IMG/VR virus record: IMGVR_UViG_3300009071_000002
Span: 1-55,495 of that record
From: a virus
Taxonomy: Duplodnaviria > Caudoviricetes
Strand: one strand, 5' to 3'
DNA length: 55,495 bases
Both the position numbers and the translations under genes were made by a program. Shown here piece after piece: positions 55,465-55,495 of the stretch (within the stretch, counting starts at the first letter, position 1; each line of letters begins with the position of its first letter). The notes under the pieces are model-generated. The model saw only the letters and a program-made list of their open reading frames with translations, did not search any database and was not told where the DNA came from.

Positions 55465-55495
55465 ATTACCAACCTCTTTGTATTATTAGTTTTAA

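Noticed and set aside
55373-55495. 123-bp terminal repeat as a biological direct terminal repeat
   Set aside because: It falls inside coding sequence and is typical of circular-contig overlap; the terminus-like features are at 54.1-54.6 kb
1-55495. tRNA genes or alternative genetic code
   Set aside because: No cloverleaf recognised in the few intergenic gaps, and standard-code ORFs tile the genome densely

Overview
The window is a complete, circularly assembled ~55.4 kb phage genome: bases 1-123 are identical to 55373-55495, giving a unit length of 55,372 bp. It is an AT-rich T7-like podophage without its own RNA polymerase. The family A DNA polymerase with an inserted DnaJ-type zinc finger, the class II (B12) ribonucleotide reductase and the gene order point to the marine HMO-2011-type group (known hosts are Alphaproteobacteria such as SAR116 and Roseobacter). 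Three blocks are visible: (i) small leftward early genes (54578 through the junction to 5466); (ii) a rightward replication block (5587-15883: primase, helicase, polA, probable SSB, exonuclease, endonuclease I, DUF3310, NrdJ); (iii) a long leftward late block (53804-15880: terminases, portal, lysis, scaffold, capsid, tail, ejection proteins). The main observations not explained by the ORF track are: an unannotated 24-aa PqqA (PQQ precursor peptide) gene heading the late operon; an ~8.5 kb early zone with no GATC but strongly enriched in the palindrome TGTACA; a 696-aa late protein with a tyrosine-recombinase catalytic fold between terminase and portal; a shared A-x-G-G peptide tag across many late proteins; a metallothionein-like 40-aa ORF; twin RNA hairpins upstream of the scaffold gene; and mirror-image promoters next to a non-coding, repeat-rich probable terminus. 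All motif counts were made by eye and all family calls are from motif recognition, not database searches.
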